64,000 bases of DNA from contig CM097883.1 of assembly GCA_044892505.1 (NCBI GenBank), positions 257,362,001 through 257,426,000 on the forward strand. Direction: 5' to 3'. This document shows positions 1-12,230 of the stretch, in pieces. The DNA is from Schmidtea nova. Lineage: Eukaryota. The notes under the pieces are model-generated. The model saw only the letters and a list, made by a program, of their open reading frames with translations. It had not been told where the DNA came from and did no database searches. A program made the position numbers and the translations under genes. Numbering within the stretch: the stretch's first letter is position 1; the number at the start of each line of letters is the position of its first letter.

Positions 1-1546
1 CATAAATCAATTGTTTTGCAAACGCAATATCTATGTCCTTTCGTTGCAAATAGTTTGATAACACAAAGATATTATCTAACAGCTTTTGTAGAAATAGCAT
101 CAGAAAAACAAAAGAATATTTTGTTATCAAAAAATAGATAGTCCCATAGCTTCTGCTCTGACACTTCCTTTGTGTTCTTTTGATTCCCCAAAATTTATAT
201 CTTCTAGAGTAGATATAATAGCAGAGAATGATCCAACAACTGCATCAACTGCATGCTTTCGGCTTGCCCATCTTGTATCAGAAAGTCGTTTTAGAGTATC
301 TACTGTCGATTTATATCGAGACTTCTGATGTTCTTCGAGAATATGTAGTCGTGGTAAACTTGATGTAAGGAAAGTATACAACTTTTCTGTTGTTCCAAAA
401 AACAACTGAACATCACTGTTAAGAGACATTGCTTCAATAGTCACCAAATTCAATGCATGAGAACAACAGTGAACAAAGATGGCATTTGGTGAAAGTGTCT
501 TTATCTTAGTTTGAAGACCATTTTTAATCCCAGACATCACAGAGGCACCATCATATGCCTGTCCTCTACAAAGTGTAAAGTTAATGTTTCGCTTTTGTAA
601 CTCCGTTAATATTATATCAGAAAATGCTGCAGCATTACTGTTTTCCAACTTGTAGAAGCCTATAAATCGTTCAACAACTTGCCCTGATTTTAACACTAAT
701 CTTAAAGAAACTGACATCTGATCAACTCTGGATATATCAATTGTTGAATCAACAATTAGAGAAAAGAATTGTGCAGACCTAACTTCATTATCAATATTTG
801 CGGATAATTCAGAGGCAAGTGATTGAATTAGGTCATTTTGTACATTATGACATAAATAAAGTTCATTTTTCTTTTCAAACTTTAGATGATTGTCCAAAGT
901 GGAATCATATTTAGCCAATAAAAATAGCAATTCTCGAAAATTTCCAATATAACTACTACTGTCAGAGCCAGAATGTTCTCTGTGTCCTCTGAATGGCAAA
1001 CCTTGTTTTGCTAAAAACAACGTTGCATCTACCTTGCGTTTCAAAATTTCTCTATTTTTTTCCACTTGATAACGCTCCTGACTGATCAAACCAGATATCA
1101 GTTTTATCATTTGAAATGCGATATTTAGCCAGCAAATATTGGCATATTGCACTTTGATGTTGATTGGAAGCTTCATGTTTAACGATTTTTTCCATGCATT
1201 TTTTCCAGTTATAAACTCCAAAATTTGGATCGGACCATTCCTTGCTATAATTTTCAGTTTTACAATCAGCGAATAACCAGCAAGCTTGGCAATGCATTTT
1301 TTGATTTGTTGGTGAATAGACAAGCCAATTTCTTTCCTCCTTCATACTACCTTTTCCAAAACATTTTGTGTACCAAGAAATTTGAAACTTGCGCCCCAAT
1401 TCATCTGTCGATAATTGAAATGGTTCATTGAGTCCAAGTTGACATGGTCCGATTTCAAACAATTTTCGTATCAGTTTCCCACTATTAGTGGGTCTAAATA
1501 GATACAAAGTAATACTATTTAGTCTAGATACGAAAGATTTTTTCAA
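1..1546 (-). pseudogene. hAT-superfamily transposase, ZMYM1/DUF4371-like, frameshifted; runs off the window start
   Basis: ORF 1052-1546 has a TTF-type zinc-finger motif (ERNWLVYSPTNQKMHCQACWLF). ORF 127-1323 has LAKQGLPFRGHRE, FSLIVDSTIDIS, RGQAYDGASVMSG, FVHCCSHALNL and TRWASR. A further frameshift near 127 continues as LITKYSFVFLMLFLQKLL..LSNYLQRKDID. Confidence 0.85.
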
Positions 1547-2249
1547 CGGGCTTTAAAAAGCACGCGGGATCTCAGGAGATTAACAATTATAATTGTTGAA
1601 GCAAGGATTGCAATATCTGTATTACGCTATGGGCAAATCAGGCAAATAGTTTAGTATTTCTTGAAATCAGTGCATTGAATTTGAATACTCATTTGAATAC
1701 TCATATCATATTTATAAGACATTAGTTTCCCATACATTGTACTAATTAAAATTGCATCAGTAGTCGAGAAGATTGATACTTGATATTTACTGTAAAAATT
1801 TTTAATTTTTAATAATTTTTTTATTTAAGGTACCCTTTATCCAAAGTATTGTAATGAATCGAAGAACAATATTAACTCTCACAATACTAAGAGAAAATAT
1901 TATAAATTGGAGCATTGTGGACAAAGATATTACATTTGTTCAACATGTCAATCATGTGAATCGATATCCTATACTGAATTTTATGATTGTCATAGTGAAC
2001 ATTTAAATATTCTCAAAAATATCAAACAATCTGTTATGAGAAATATATTTAAAAGGAAAGAATTGGTTTCACAAAACTTAAAACCTATTAAAATAACGAA
2101 AGAAACTCTCTCTGAAGATCTTTCAGAAATCAATGAAAATAATCTTATGTTTGAAAAAGGTGTAAGTGTTTTTCAAATTAATGATGAACCTAAGACTTAA
2201 AAAATGATTTAAAAAGATCCCACCAGTTTTTCAAAAAGAATATTTCAAG

Positions 2250-3545
2250 ATATAATGTCAGGGAAATAAAATTGCCATCATTGTTGGATAAATTATTGGA
2301 TAAAATTATCATTGTTGGATAAAGTGACGATATTTAGATTAATATTTGTTTAAATATTGATGTTTTTATATATAATATAAATTTGGAAATAACGTGTTAT
2401 ATTATGATTAATAATGGAAATGTTACTGGCGACCACGCCGAAATAGCAGCTCTTACGAGATCACAACAAAGGCAGAAAATTGTCGAATCTTTGCCAAAGA
2501 ATGTTCAAGATTCGATTTACCCAGTGATAAAGAAGTTTTTTGGAGGAAAAAAAGAAGATGCAAAGGACTGGCTTGAATCTATTGAAGAATTTGTGACGAT
2601 AAATTCGCTCAATTTAAAAGCAGTGTTCGATTTGTTATTACATGGAGATGCAAAATAGCTATGGATAGCCTTTAAGGAGACACTTAAGACTCTGGCTTCA
2701 GATCAAGAGGTAAAAGGTTGGTTTATTTTAAAATATGTAAAATACAAAATTTTTTTACAAAATTTAGAAGACATGCGTCTGATAAAGCAGAGATCGGACG
2801 AAAGGTTCGAAAATTTTATAATCAGAGTGAGGAAATTAGTGCGCGAAGTTCTTTCCGCAAATCAAACGGAAGACAGGATTTTCAAGGATGTTGTAACAAA
2901 ACATATGTATTCAAAAAAGTTAAAGATGCAATTGCAATGAACCCAGAAGTATCTCTCACAGAAATAGAGAAAATGAATGTAAACTTTGAAAATAATCACA
3001 TACAGAAGACACCAAAGAGATATTTGCACTGGCAGATAATAGGAAGCAATCGTCGTATGCATCGGTAACAAGAAATAAAATTCCAGTAAAGCAGAATGTT
3101 CAACCAGTGATTAGACCATCAGCTCCAGAGACTAATCAGTATGTCAGTAAAAAAAGAAATTACGACAAAAATGGCAATAGGCAACATTATACTGAAAGAA
3201 GACGAAGTTCAGAAAGTTTTTTGGTTAATGAGAGACCCAATAGACATATGGTTTCTTTGAAGCATATTGCAAGACGAGTTTACAACAAAGCGAAAGACTT
3301 TCCGGGACTAGGATTGCGACCCTTACAACCCGGTAAATGTTACTGTTGTGGTGAATCAGGTCATATTCTGAACAATTGTCATTTTAGCAAATGTTGTTTA
3401 ATATGTGGTAAAAATGATCATTTTTTAATATAATTGCCCTCTATTAAGAAGTAATAATACAAGAAAAATTCACTGTATTCAAGAAGTGAATAATTTAGGA
3501 AATCTAACTTATTCTTATGAAGACCTTGAGAATGATGGCACGTCG
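2250..3545 (+). mobile_element. Ty3/gypsy-like LTR retrotransposon gag remnant inserted in PolB copy 1
   Basis: PBS-like TGGCGACCACGCCGAA at about 2427, gag-like FFGGKKEDAKDWLESIEEF, and two CCHC knuckles (CYCCGESGHILNNC, CLICGKNDHFLI*C); several stops and frameshifts. Confidence 0.7.
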
Positions 3546-3927
3546 AAGAACGTCCTTTAAACGAGATACGCTCCATATCTAAAATAAAACAATCAAAAAT
3601 TCAATTTGGTATTCAAGCAGAACTTGAAAAGGATGAACAGAATCAGTGTTCATATTAATCCTACTTTTCTTGAAGAGGGCATTAAAATATTAAATGAAAG
3701 AAATTGAGTTATTGACTCATTTAGGAAGTGGGTGGAGATTAACTCGAATATTAGAAGTAAATTTCAAAGTGGTAAATGTCTCAAATATCTCAAGATTATC
3801 GGGACATAGCTAATTATTTACGCGTAAAGGAATAATTGGTACAAAAAGCTATTGACAGTTCAGAATTCAGATGATTTGTGTTTCATCTATAGTATTTTAT
3901 CAATATTGAAATATGATGAGATCAAAG

Positions 3928-4733
3928 GGCGACGCTCTGATATGGGTCACCCGATTTTCAAAAAAATAATTAATTAAATTTAAATTAAAATGAAACCAAA
4001 ATTAAAACATAACCAAATTACAAATATAATTATACAAATATAATTANNNNNNNNNNNNNNNNNNNNNNNNNNNNNNNNNNNNNNNNNNNNNNNNNNNNNN
4101 NNNNNNNNNNNNNNNNNNNNNNNNNNNNNNNNNNNNNNNNNNNNNNNNNNNNNNNNNNNNNNNNNNNNNNNNNNNNNNNNNNNNNNNNNNNNNNNNNNNN
4201 NNNNNNNNNNNNNNNNNNNNNNNNNNNNNNNNNNNNNNNNNNNNNNNNNNNNNNNNNNNNNNNNNNNNNNNNNNNNNNNNNNNNNNNNNNNNNNNNNNNN
4301 NNNNNNNNNNNNNNNNNNNNNNNNNNNNNNNNNNNNNNNNNNNNNNNNNNNNNNNNNNNNNNNNNNNNNNNNNNNNNNNNNNNNNNNNNNNNNNNNNNNN
4401 NNNNNNNNNNNNNNNNNNNNNNNNNNNNNNNNNNNNNNNNNNNNNNNNNNNNNNNNNATAATTAATTAAATAATTAAATAATTAATTAAATAATTAATTA
4501 TATAATTATACAAATATAATTATACAAATATAATTATAAATATAATTATATAATATACAAATATAATTATACAAATATAATTATTATACAAATATAATTA
4601 TACAAATATAATTATACAAATATAATTATTACAAATATAATTATACACATAATTATACACATAATTAGATTTTAATTTAAATTTAATTAATTATTTTTTT
4701 TGAAAATCGGGTGACCCATATCAGATCGTCGCC
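3928..4733. mobile_element. Non-autonomous TIR element (Merlin-like MITE) with an internal 14-bp satellite
   Basis: TIRs of about 64 bp, GGCGACG(C/A)TCTGATATGGGTCACCCGATTTTCAAAA..., at 3928-3991 and 4669-4733. Perfect 8-bp TSD GATCAAAG at 3920-3927 and 4734-4741. Removing it restores the PolB frame LKYDEIKEHRDRPTKY. The interior includes an N gap. Confidence 0.85.
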
Positions 4734-7419
4734 GATCAAAGAACATAGAGATAGACCCACAAAATATTTACTATATATGTTAAAACTAATATTTGATTAC
4801 AATGATATGCCTATGAAACTATGTGATATCCCAACGTTTGAACGTGGAAATCCTGGTTTGTCAATTCATGTAATAACTTATAATGATAATCAGTTATCTA
4901 ATATGGATGTCGTAATGAAACACTTGAATATGGATATAATTCATCGATCAAAGGTCATAGACAGGAAACAGATTTAATTATTATTGTTAGAAAATAAAGA
5001 TCACTTTCATTATACTGCAGTAATTAACATCGATCGTTTGATGAATATTCATAAAAGCGCAAATTGTAGTGTTCAGATCTGTTGCAAGTGGTATAAAAAG
5101 TGTTTGAATGGATTTAGGAAGAAATAAGCTCTTGAAAAGCATTAAGTATTGTGCAAGAAAAATCAATCAGGTACAATTTTATATACTATTCCAACAGATA
5201 CAAATTTGGAATTCAAAAAATGGTCAAGGATAATAACACCCCCATTTGTTATTTATGCAGATTTTTAGTCGATTTTACCCAAAAATGACACTCATTTTCA
5301 AAAGCATTTACCAATTTCAGCCGGACTCTTATTAATTAACAATTTTACCTGAATATCACTTTATTAATTTGTAGGTGATGATTGCATCATTGTTGGGCGC
5401 TCCCCCTACTCTACTATCAACATTTTTAATTTTTCTCCCGTTTTTCTTTATTTGTGCCTCAAATTGAAATTATTCATTTTTCTCGCTGTAACAATGTATA
5501 GACAGAAATTTATTCTCTACAAGATGACCAAAATGAAAATTTAAAATGTTGTGTTTTGCGCGCTGCACACATGTTTTGTTGTTATTAATTGGTTTTCTTT
5601 GATGTTGTAATAAAGATAATGAGTTTTAACATTAACAGTCTATATGTAGAATTTTATTTCCTATAAAATGGCTTAAATTAAAATATAAAATTAGTCATTT
5701 TTCTTGTTGCACACATTTTTTATTGTTATTTTTGTAATTTAAAAGTAATTTTTTAGAGTTTTCATTGTATGTATAAATTTTCCACTAAATTGTTTGATTA
5801 TAAATTTAAAAAATTATCGTGTTACATATGGGTTTTGTTGTAAATAATTGATTTTATTTGCTGATTGATACTTTAATCGTGTTTTCACTGTAACAATTTA
5901 TATTCTAATTCTCTACAATAATACATTATGTAAAAACTAATAACTTTGTGAATAATTAGTAAACTTTTATTTAATTAATTTTTATTTTAATTAATTAATT
6001 TTTATTTCAATTAATTAATTTTTATTTCAAATAATTTACAATTTTTCGAATAATTAAATTTATTTTTTATTTTTATTCATAATTAACTATAATTACTTGT
6101 AATAATTTTTATAATTTATTAGTGTAATTTAACTTTAAAATTAATCTAAATTTATTACATTTTATTTAAATAATAATTGATATTTAACATTAAATGACGA
6201 TATATATTTATAACAATAAATTATGTGTTTAATAATTTTTAAAAAATTTAATTGTAAAAATAAATTACACTGTGGTATTTACAAACGTGTGTGTGTATGT
6301 TTCCTTGAATTTGATTGGTTAAAAATTTTTGAATTTAGTATATAAACAATATTTTTTCATTTGAGAATCACTTTTTATTACAACCTAAATTTGGTAAGTT
6401 AATTTTTGTTTTAAAATTTTTAAATAATCAACTTATTTTAAATAAAATGAACAACAACATCAACAATATGGATATTACCATGATCAATGATTACAACAAC
6501 GATGTCGACAACAATATGAACAACTTTATTGGTTACAATGTTGAAGAATCTGAAACAATGGATAGTTTAATAAAAAATAAACTGAAAAATGAAAAGATAA
6601 AAGAAAATAACTGTAAGAATCGATTTATTTTAATAATTTATTAATTAAATTCAATTTATAATTAATTACCTTCGTACATAAATATTAAGTTTAATTATTT
6701 AAGAATTACTTTTCTTTATCGATTTTGTAATGTAATAATTAATCTTTATTTGTTATTCAATAAGATTTGTAATATTTATGTGAAGTTAATAAATACTAAT
6801 GACAACTTAAAATAATTAGCTGAATTATTTAAATTTTAAATTATTTTTAATTAATTTTTGAAAATTATTTACATAATTTGAATTTTTATTTTATAATTAA
6901 TTATTAAAACAATTCTAGTGTTAATTATAATTATTCTATTTTTTTTATAATAATTAATTAATTAATTTGAATATAAAATTAATTTGAATATTGATTAATA
7001 TTACTTATTGTTTTATTTTTTAATAATTTTTTAGTAATTAAAGTTTTTGTAAATTAATTATTAATAAATAATTTATTTTCTATCATAGTAAATAATGTGT
7101 TCTATATGAAAATTATTATATTAAATTAAAATTTTTTAATTACTTGTAAATAATTTAAATTTTACATCTTTGAGTAAAACTTATTATTAAAACAATTATA
7201 ATTAAGAATATAATAATTGAAATTAATTAATATTATTTTTAATAATTTTTAAATTATTTAATTAAATTTTTATTATTGTAATTATTAATTAATTTATATT
7301 AATTATTGAATAATGATATTAATTTTAATATTAAAATACTTGTAATTTATTGTTCATATTTTTAATTATTTTTTATATTTAAGGTAAACTTTTTCCGAAT
7401 TTTTGCCGATCATCAATTC

Positions 7420-9031
7420 TTAACAATAAATGTATTGAATTAATGGGAAAATATTACCGATATTCTTATAAAAGAGCCACGTTTTTTATATGTCCCGTAT
7501 GTAAGACCACCCAAAATTCGACTTTTTTGAACTTTTATGATGACCATAAGGATCATTTAAGAAATTTAGATCTTCGAAAAAATCCATTTTTAATTTAACA
7601 ATAAATAATAGTAATAGTGATAACAATATTATTAATAATAAAAGAAAAATCCTTATCGATAATCCACTACCTACAAAAGTTAGAAAATTAAGTAATATAG
7701 TTGACGAGGTAATATCCGATATGAAAATTCTTTCCGACTCTGACACAAGTTCTAATAATGACATTAACACCATAGATGTTCAATATGGTGGGTCCCTTCT
7801 TCCTAACGTTAAATTTGATTTGAGAAAATCTCACGCCATTGTGAAAATGGATGTTTCTCACTTGGTTTTGAAAACATTAATTTTACCTGATATTTTAATT
7901 AATAAATTAAATAATGTTATTAATGAGATGGGTTCAGTGAAAATACAATTTTGTATTGATGTAGAGTTTGAAAAAGATGGTGAATCCCAATCATTCATCA
8001 TTTCAAATTCTGCGAGACCTATGAGTGATACCTTTTTTGACGAGGGTATCACTCTTTTAAATCAAAAAAATAGCATTAATTAACGATAAAGGGAGTAATT
8101 GGTTTATTAACAAAGTTAATGAAATCCATTTTGTATTAACTAAATTTGCTCAAATTAGTCGATTAAGTGGCAGAGGTTATCTAAATACCCCTCAATCTTT
8201 AGTTGCGAAACATTGTACTGTAAATGTAATTAATTCTGATGATTTATGTTTCATTTATAGCATTTTAGCTATTTTGAAATATGATGAAGTTGATGGACAT
8301 AGATATAGAACTTGTAATTATAATCTTTCTGATCTTGACTTTGACCGTTCTGATTTACCGATGAAACTTTGTAATATTCCAAGATTTGAGGGTAAAAATC
8401 CCGGACTTGCTATTAATGTTTTATCTTATGATGAAGATGCTCTTCTCGATACTTTGGAAAACCCTGAAGTTTTTAAACATCCTTGTGTCGATATAATTCA
8501 TAGGTCTAAATTTGTTGTTGGGACTCCTATTAACTTGATTTTGTTGTAAAGTGGTGATGCATATCATTATATTGCAGTTACCGATATTGATAGGCTTTTA
8601 AATTACGACAATAAATCTCTTTCTGCTGCTCGCGTACAAAGTATATGGTGTCATCGATGCTTGAATGGATTTCGAAAACAGGAAGCATTCGACTGTCATC
8701 AACAGTTGTGTGCTAAAAGTCAATTAGGCACAACTCTTTATACTCTGCCTAGAAATAAAAATTTACAATTTAGTAATTGGGGCAAAACAATTACCCCACC
8801 TTTTGTTGTTTTGCCGATTTTGAGGCAATTTTACCTACTGATGATAAGTACTTTCAAAGACATGTCCCAATATCTGCGGGTCTTTTACTTGTAAATAACT
8901 TTACTGGAGAAAAAATTTACAGGAGTTTCTTAGGACTTGATTGTGTTTCTAAGTTTCTTTCTGAAATAAGTGATATTTCTGAAACTATTGTTTATTTATT
9001 GTTTATTAATTGTTTATTAATTTATTTTTAA
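7420..9031 (+). pseudogene. Maverick/Polinton-type DNA polymerase B, N-terminal region, copy 2 (frameshifted, truncated)
   Basis: KYYRYSYKRATFFICPVC..FYDDHKDHL, KIQFCIDVEFEKDG, GSNW, DDLCFIYSILAILKYDEV, LPMKLCNIPRFEGKNPGLAINV, HYIAVTDIDRLL, WCHRCLNGF..HQQLC, FADFEAILP and HVPISAGLLLV. It ends before the endonuclease-VII, exonuclease and polymerase core. Confidence 0.75.
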
Positions 9032-9294
9032 ATATTGCGGTAATAACTAAAATATATATTGTATTCAATATTCTGCACGTAAATGCTATCAATAATTCTT
9101 TAAATAGCTAAATTCACTTAACTGTCATAACAGAGAGTAGCACAAATGAAACATAAAAATTTCCTAAACTTCAATTTCAAAAATGCGTACTCTAAAGAAC
9201 TTGTATAATTATAATACCATTAACTTTTGATTTCTTATACAGGTCCACAATAAAATATAAGTGTACCCTGCTAAGGTTTTAAGTTCACCCCACC

Positions 9295-9298
<4 letters not shown>

Positions 9299-9378
<80 letters not shown>
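9299..9378. repeat. (TA)n microsatellite
   Basis: About 40 perfect TA units. Confidence 0.95.
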
Positions 9379-9383
<5 letters not shown>

Positions 9384-9994
9384 AAAAAGATAATTATGAA
9401 AAATATTTTAAATTCACTTTTTTTAATTTTCACTTTAATAAATATAATATTAATATTTTGTAATAAAGAATATTAATAACAGCAATGTAATAAATTTTTT
9501 GAGAAGTCGTTTTAAAAAACCAATAAAAACTAAATTTATTATAAAAATTATATTAATTATTTTTGATATTTCTCTTATCTTGAATAATTAATTTAAGTAA
9601 TTTACAAAAAAAACTGTACATTTTCTCAAAATTTTCTTTAACATTTTTTATTGGTGGCTATATAAACATTTACTTTTTCAATTTTCAAAATGAGTCTGAA
9701 ATATTTATTAATATTTTTTAAAACAAAATATTTTTTAAGTTAATTTCATAACAAATGGCAATAATTATTCATAGTTAAATATTTTTTGGAAAGTTCTTAA
9801 ATATAATTAGTAATCTCAGTTGTCAATTAAATTATTTCAAAAGTTTTATTATTATTACTATTAAATGGGAATTTTTTGATAACAGCATTAATTAATTATT
9901 ATTAAGTTTAAATGAATGTTGATACAATTTGATGATTATTATTGAATAACTTGTTTAAATATTTCGTATTTTTTATTTATTATCTTGATTGCTG

Positions 9995-10031
9995 GCCTGA
10001 AGAAGACTGATATTCGATCGAAATATATAGC
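9995..10031 (+). ncRNA. Penelope-type minimal hammerhead ribozyme, weak stem I
   Basis: GC-CTGAAGA-A-G(13 nt)C-GAA-ATATAT-A-GC: complete core, palindromic stem III and AUA triplet. Stem I is only 2-3 bp and stem II has a mismatch. Confidence 0.55.
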
Positions 10032-10288
10032 ATTATGTTGAATATACTGAGTTAGCGTTTCTCAGTTATTGTTATTATTATTTATTTACACATTCTTTTA
10101 AATGAGAATTAAAGTTATTTTTAAATAATTATCAATGTGTTAATAAATTTTACAATAAAAATAATAAAGTAATAACAAATATGCGATAAAAACATTTATT
10201 AAATAATTTTACGATTTCATTGTTAAAAATAACTTTAAGATAAAATAAAATATCATTTGTAGAATAAATTAGATTTCTGATATTAATT

Positions 10289-11242
10289 TTAACCTACTTC
10301 TTGTGAAATTGAATATGAAGTCAGTTGCTTTTTATCAAAAAAAATTCCAAATATTTGATGCCGAAATCTTTTAAATAATACAAAGTATGTAACTGGAGTA
10401 ATGATGGTCAATAGAGAATACAAATCATACCAATGATAAGGCAGACACTGCAACGCAACCAAGGGAATATTCAAGGACACTAATAAATTTCTAACTAAAT
10501 CAATTAGTAAAACAACGGCATAAAAAACAGTTGACAGCAACATTGTAATTGTGAATTTGTAAAAAAGTTTATTTCTCTTTCGAATAATCGCAATGTCAGA
10601 AAAAACTATTTTCGTTTTTGAACTTTTAAAAAGATTTCTCGCTGAAAAAACACTAAACACCGACAAACAGCTGATGGGAATAATGAAATAAAAGCTATTG
10701 TAAAATACCGAAGTGACAAGAGTCAATTGATAAAGACAAGTGACATTTTCAGTCGCATTAATCCGACCTATGCTGATGTCGAAAAAATCATAAAACGGTC
10801 CGATTATTACCGATAGAAATTGAACAAAAATTATCAAAACTATCACAAAGGTTTTTGAGAGATTTTTGTATTTCATTGGGAAAACAATGCAAATGAATTG
10901 ATCGAACGCTAAAACTATGATCATATAAATATTCATTGTGATCAAACACCAAAACGGGGCCATCGAATCCCAAACGAAACAATAAAACCGGGCATAGTTT
11001 AAATTGTCCGTCGACAAGAAAGGATTTTCTTTGAAATAGTTCATGAAATACAGAGGCAAAATGACTATGGCTATAATCGTTCGGGTTTTCATCATTAACA
11101 TCGGATTGCGTGAAGTGATTCGGTGATTCCACAGGAATTTCAGGAAAACTATATTAATTAGGAAATAAAATATAATTATCAAACTTCGAAAACCGAATGA
11201 AATGTAGTTGTCATTGCAGTCGAGATTGAGAGTAAATTTCAT
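10289..11242 (-). CDS. Divergent class-A (rhodopsin-like) 7TM orphan GPCR or chemoreceptor, single exon, 317 aa
   Basis: Seven hydrophobic segments; TM1 Asn (INIV), Cys before TM3 (RFYC) and in ECL2 (NVTC), DRY-position AFDQFICIVFP, TM5 Pro (YFIIP), TM7 TPVTY and helix-8 KRFRHQIF. Confidence 0.85.
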   Translation of the reverse strand: MKFTLNLDCNDNYISFGFRSLIIIFYFLINIVFLKFLWNHRITSRNPMLMMKTRTIIAIVILPLYFMNYFKENPFLSTDNLNYARFYCFVWDSMAPFWCLITMNIYMIIVLAFDQFICIVFPMKYKNLSKTFVIVLIIFVQFLSVIIGPFYDFFDISIGRINATENVTCLYQLTLVTSVFYNSFYFIIPISCLSVFSVFSARNLFKSSKTKIVFSDIAIIRKRNKLFYKFTITMLLSTVFYAVVLLIDLVRNLLVSLNIPLVALQCLPYHWYDLYSLLTIITPVTYFVLFKRFRHQIFGIFFDKKQLTSYSISQEVG

Positions 11243-11879
11243 TGAAAATTTAATTGAAAAATAAATAAATAAAAAAATATCTGATTTGGAAAAATATGAA
11301 ATATTTCCATTGGTTATTTAATTATAAACTTTTATTGAAAATTGTAAACTATTACCACGAGACAAAAAACATTTTAATTTCAAAATAAATAGACGAACAA
11401 AGAATTATGAAACATAATTTTGTTGGGGTTTAGTAAAAATTAGAAAAATACAAAAATAAAAATCATAAAAACTTAGTAAAAATCAATAAAGTTTAAAATT
11501 TTCAAAATTAATTAAAATTTAGGAAAAAAATCGAAAACAGAGAATTAGCGGGGGAAATTGGTATGGGTGGATGCCGAATATTGAAATGAATCCAAAAATA
11601 ATAAAACAAAGTCAATGGGGGGGTCCCCAGAAAGAAATAATTAAAATATTAAAGTATTAATTAATAATTAATTGGCAAATGGAAAGCCCGAGCAAATGGG
11701 AAACTCAAGACAATGGAGAACCCGGAGAGTGTGGGAAACCCGGACAAGCAATATGACAGGTAATAATTCCTGAGAAAAATAACTTTGAAGGAGACCCGGA
11801 GAGTAACCGACAGATGGAAAATTAAAACGTCAAATCGGAAACTACCATTTGACAGCTGCAGCGAAGTTGGAAACCAATC

Positions 11880-12230
11880 ATCAGAAGCAATATAAAAGGA
11901 AACGACAAATACTAAAGTTTGCCAGAATGGTCGAAGCAAAAGTAAGTGAATTTAGCAAGTGAGGAGTTAAGAGCGATATTTGAAAAGTTCCAAACCAAAT
12001 TTATTATTCCAGCGTACCAGAAAAGGAGATCTTCCTTGGGGAGACTTATCCCTACGCGAAGTCGGAGAAGCAGTGATAAAAGTTATTGTGAAATTTTAAA
12101 GAGACTAAGTGTGTCAAAAAGTGTGATTGTTACAAATAAATTCTTCTGTGTTGGGTTATTTTATTGAATCAAATTTAAAGAACACCAAGGAGTCAGACTA
12201 ACAGCACCGACTAAACATCGCAAATACCCA
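11880..12230 (+). repeat. LTR-like segment related to 26390-26640
   Basis: Shares GCGTACCAGAAA(A/G)GGAGAT, AATAAA..TGTGTTG and AGGAGTCAGA blocks, in the same order, with 26460-26620, which lies among gypsy remnants. Confidence 0.35.

Larger units (their letters stand above)
1850..5393 (+). pseudogene. Maverick/Polinton-type protein-primed DNA polymerase B, N-terminal region, copy 1 (interrupted and truncated)
   Basis: Pieces read KYYKLEHCGQRYYICSTC..FYDCHSEHL (about 1890-2010), GSGW (about 3725), DDLCFIYSILSILKYDEIK (about 3870-3927), MPMKLCDIPTFERGNPGLSIHV (4810-4870), HFHYTAVINIDRL and PPFVIYADF..HLPISAGLLLINNF..GDDC (to about 5390). A gypsy gag fragment and a TIR element split it. Confidence 0.7.

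Noticed and set aside
9209-9476. ORFs with (YI)n tracts, also 30038-30274
   Set aside because: Translation of (TA)n microsatellites.
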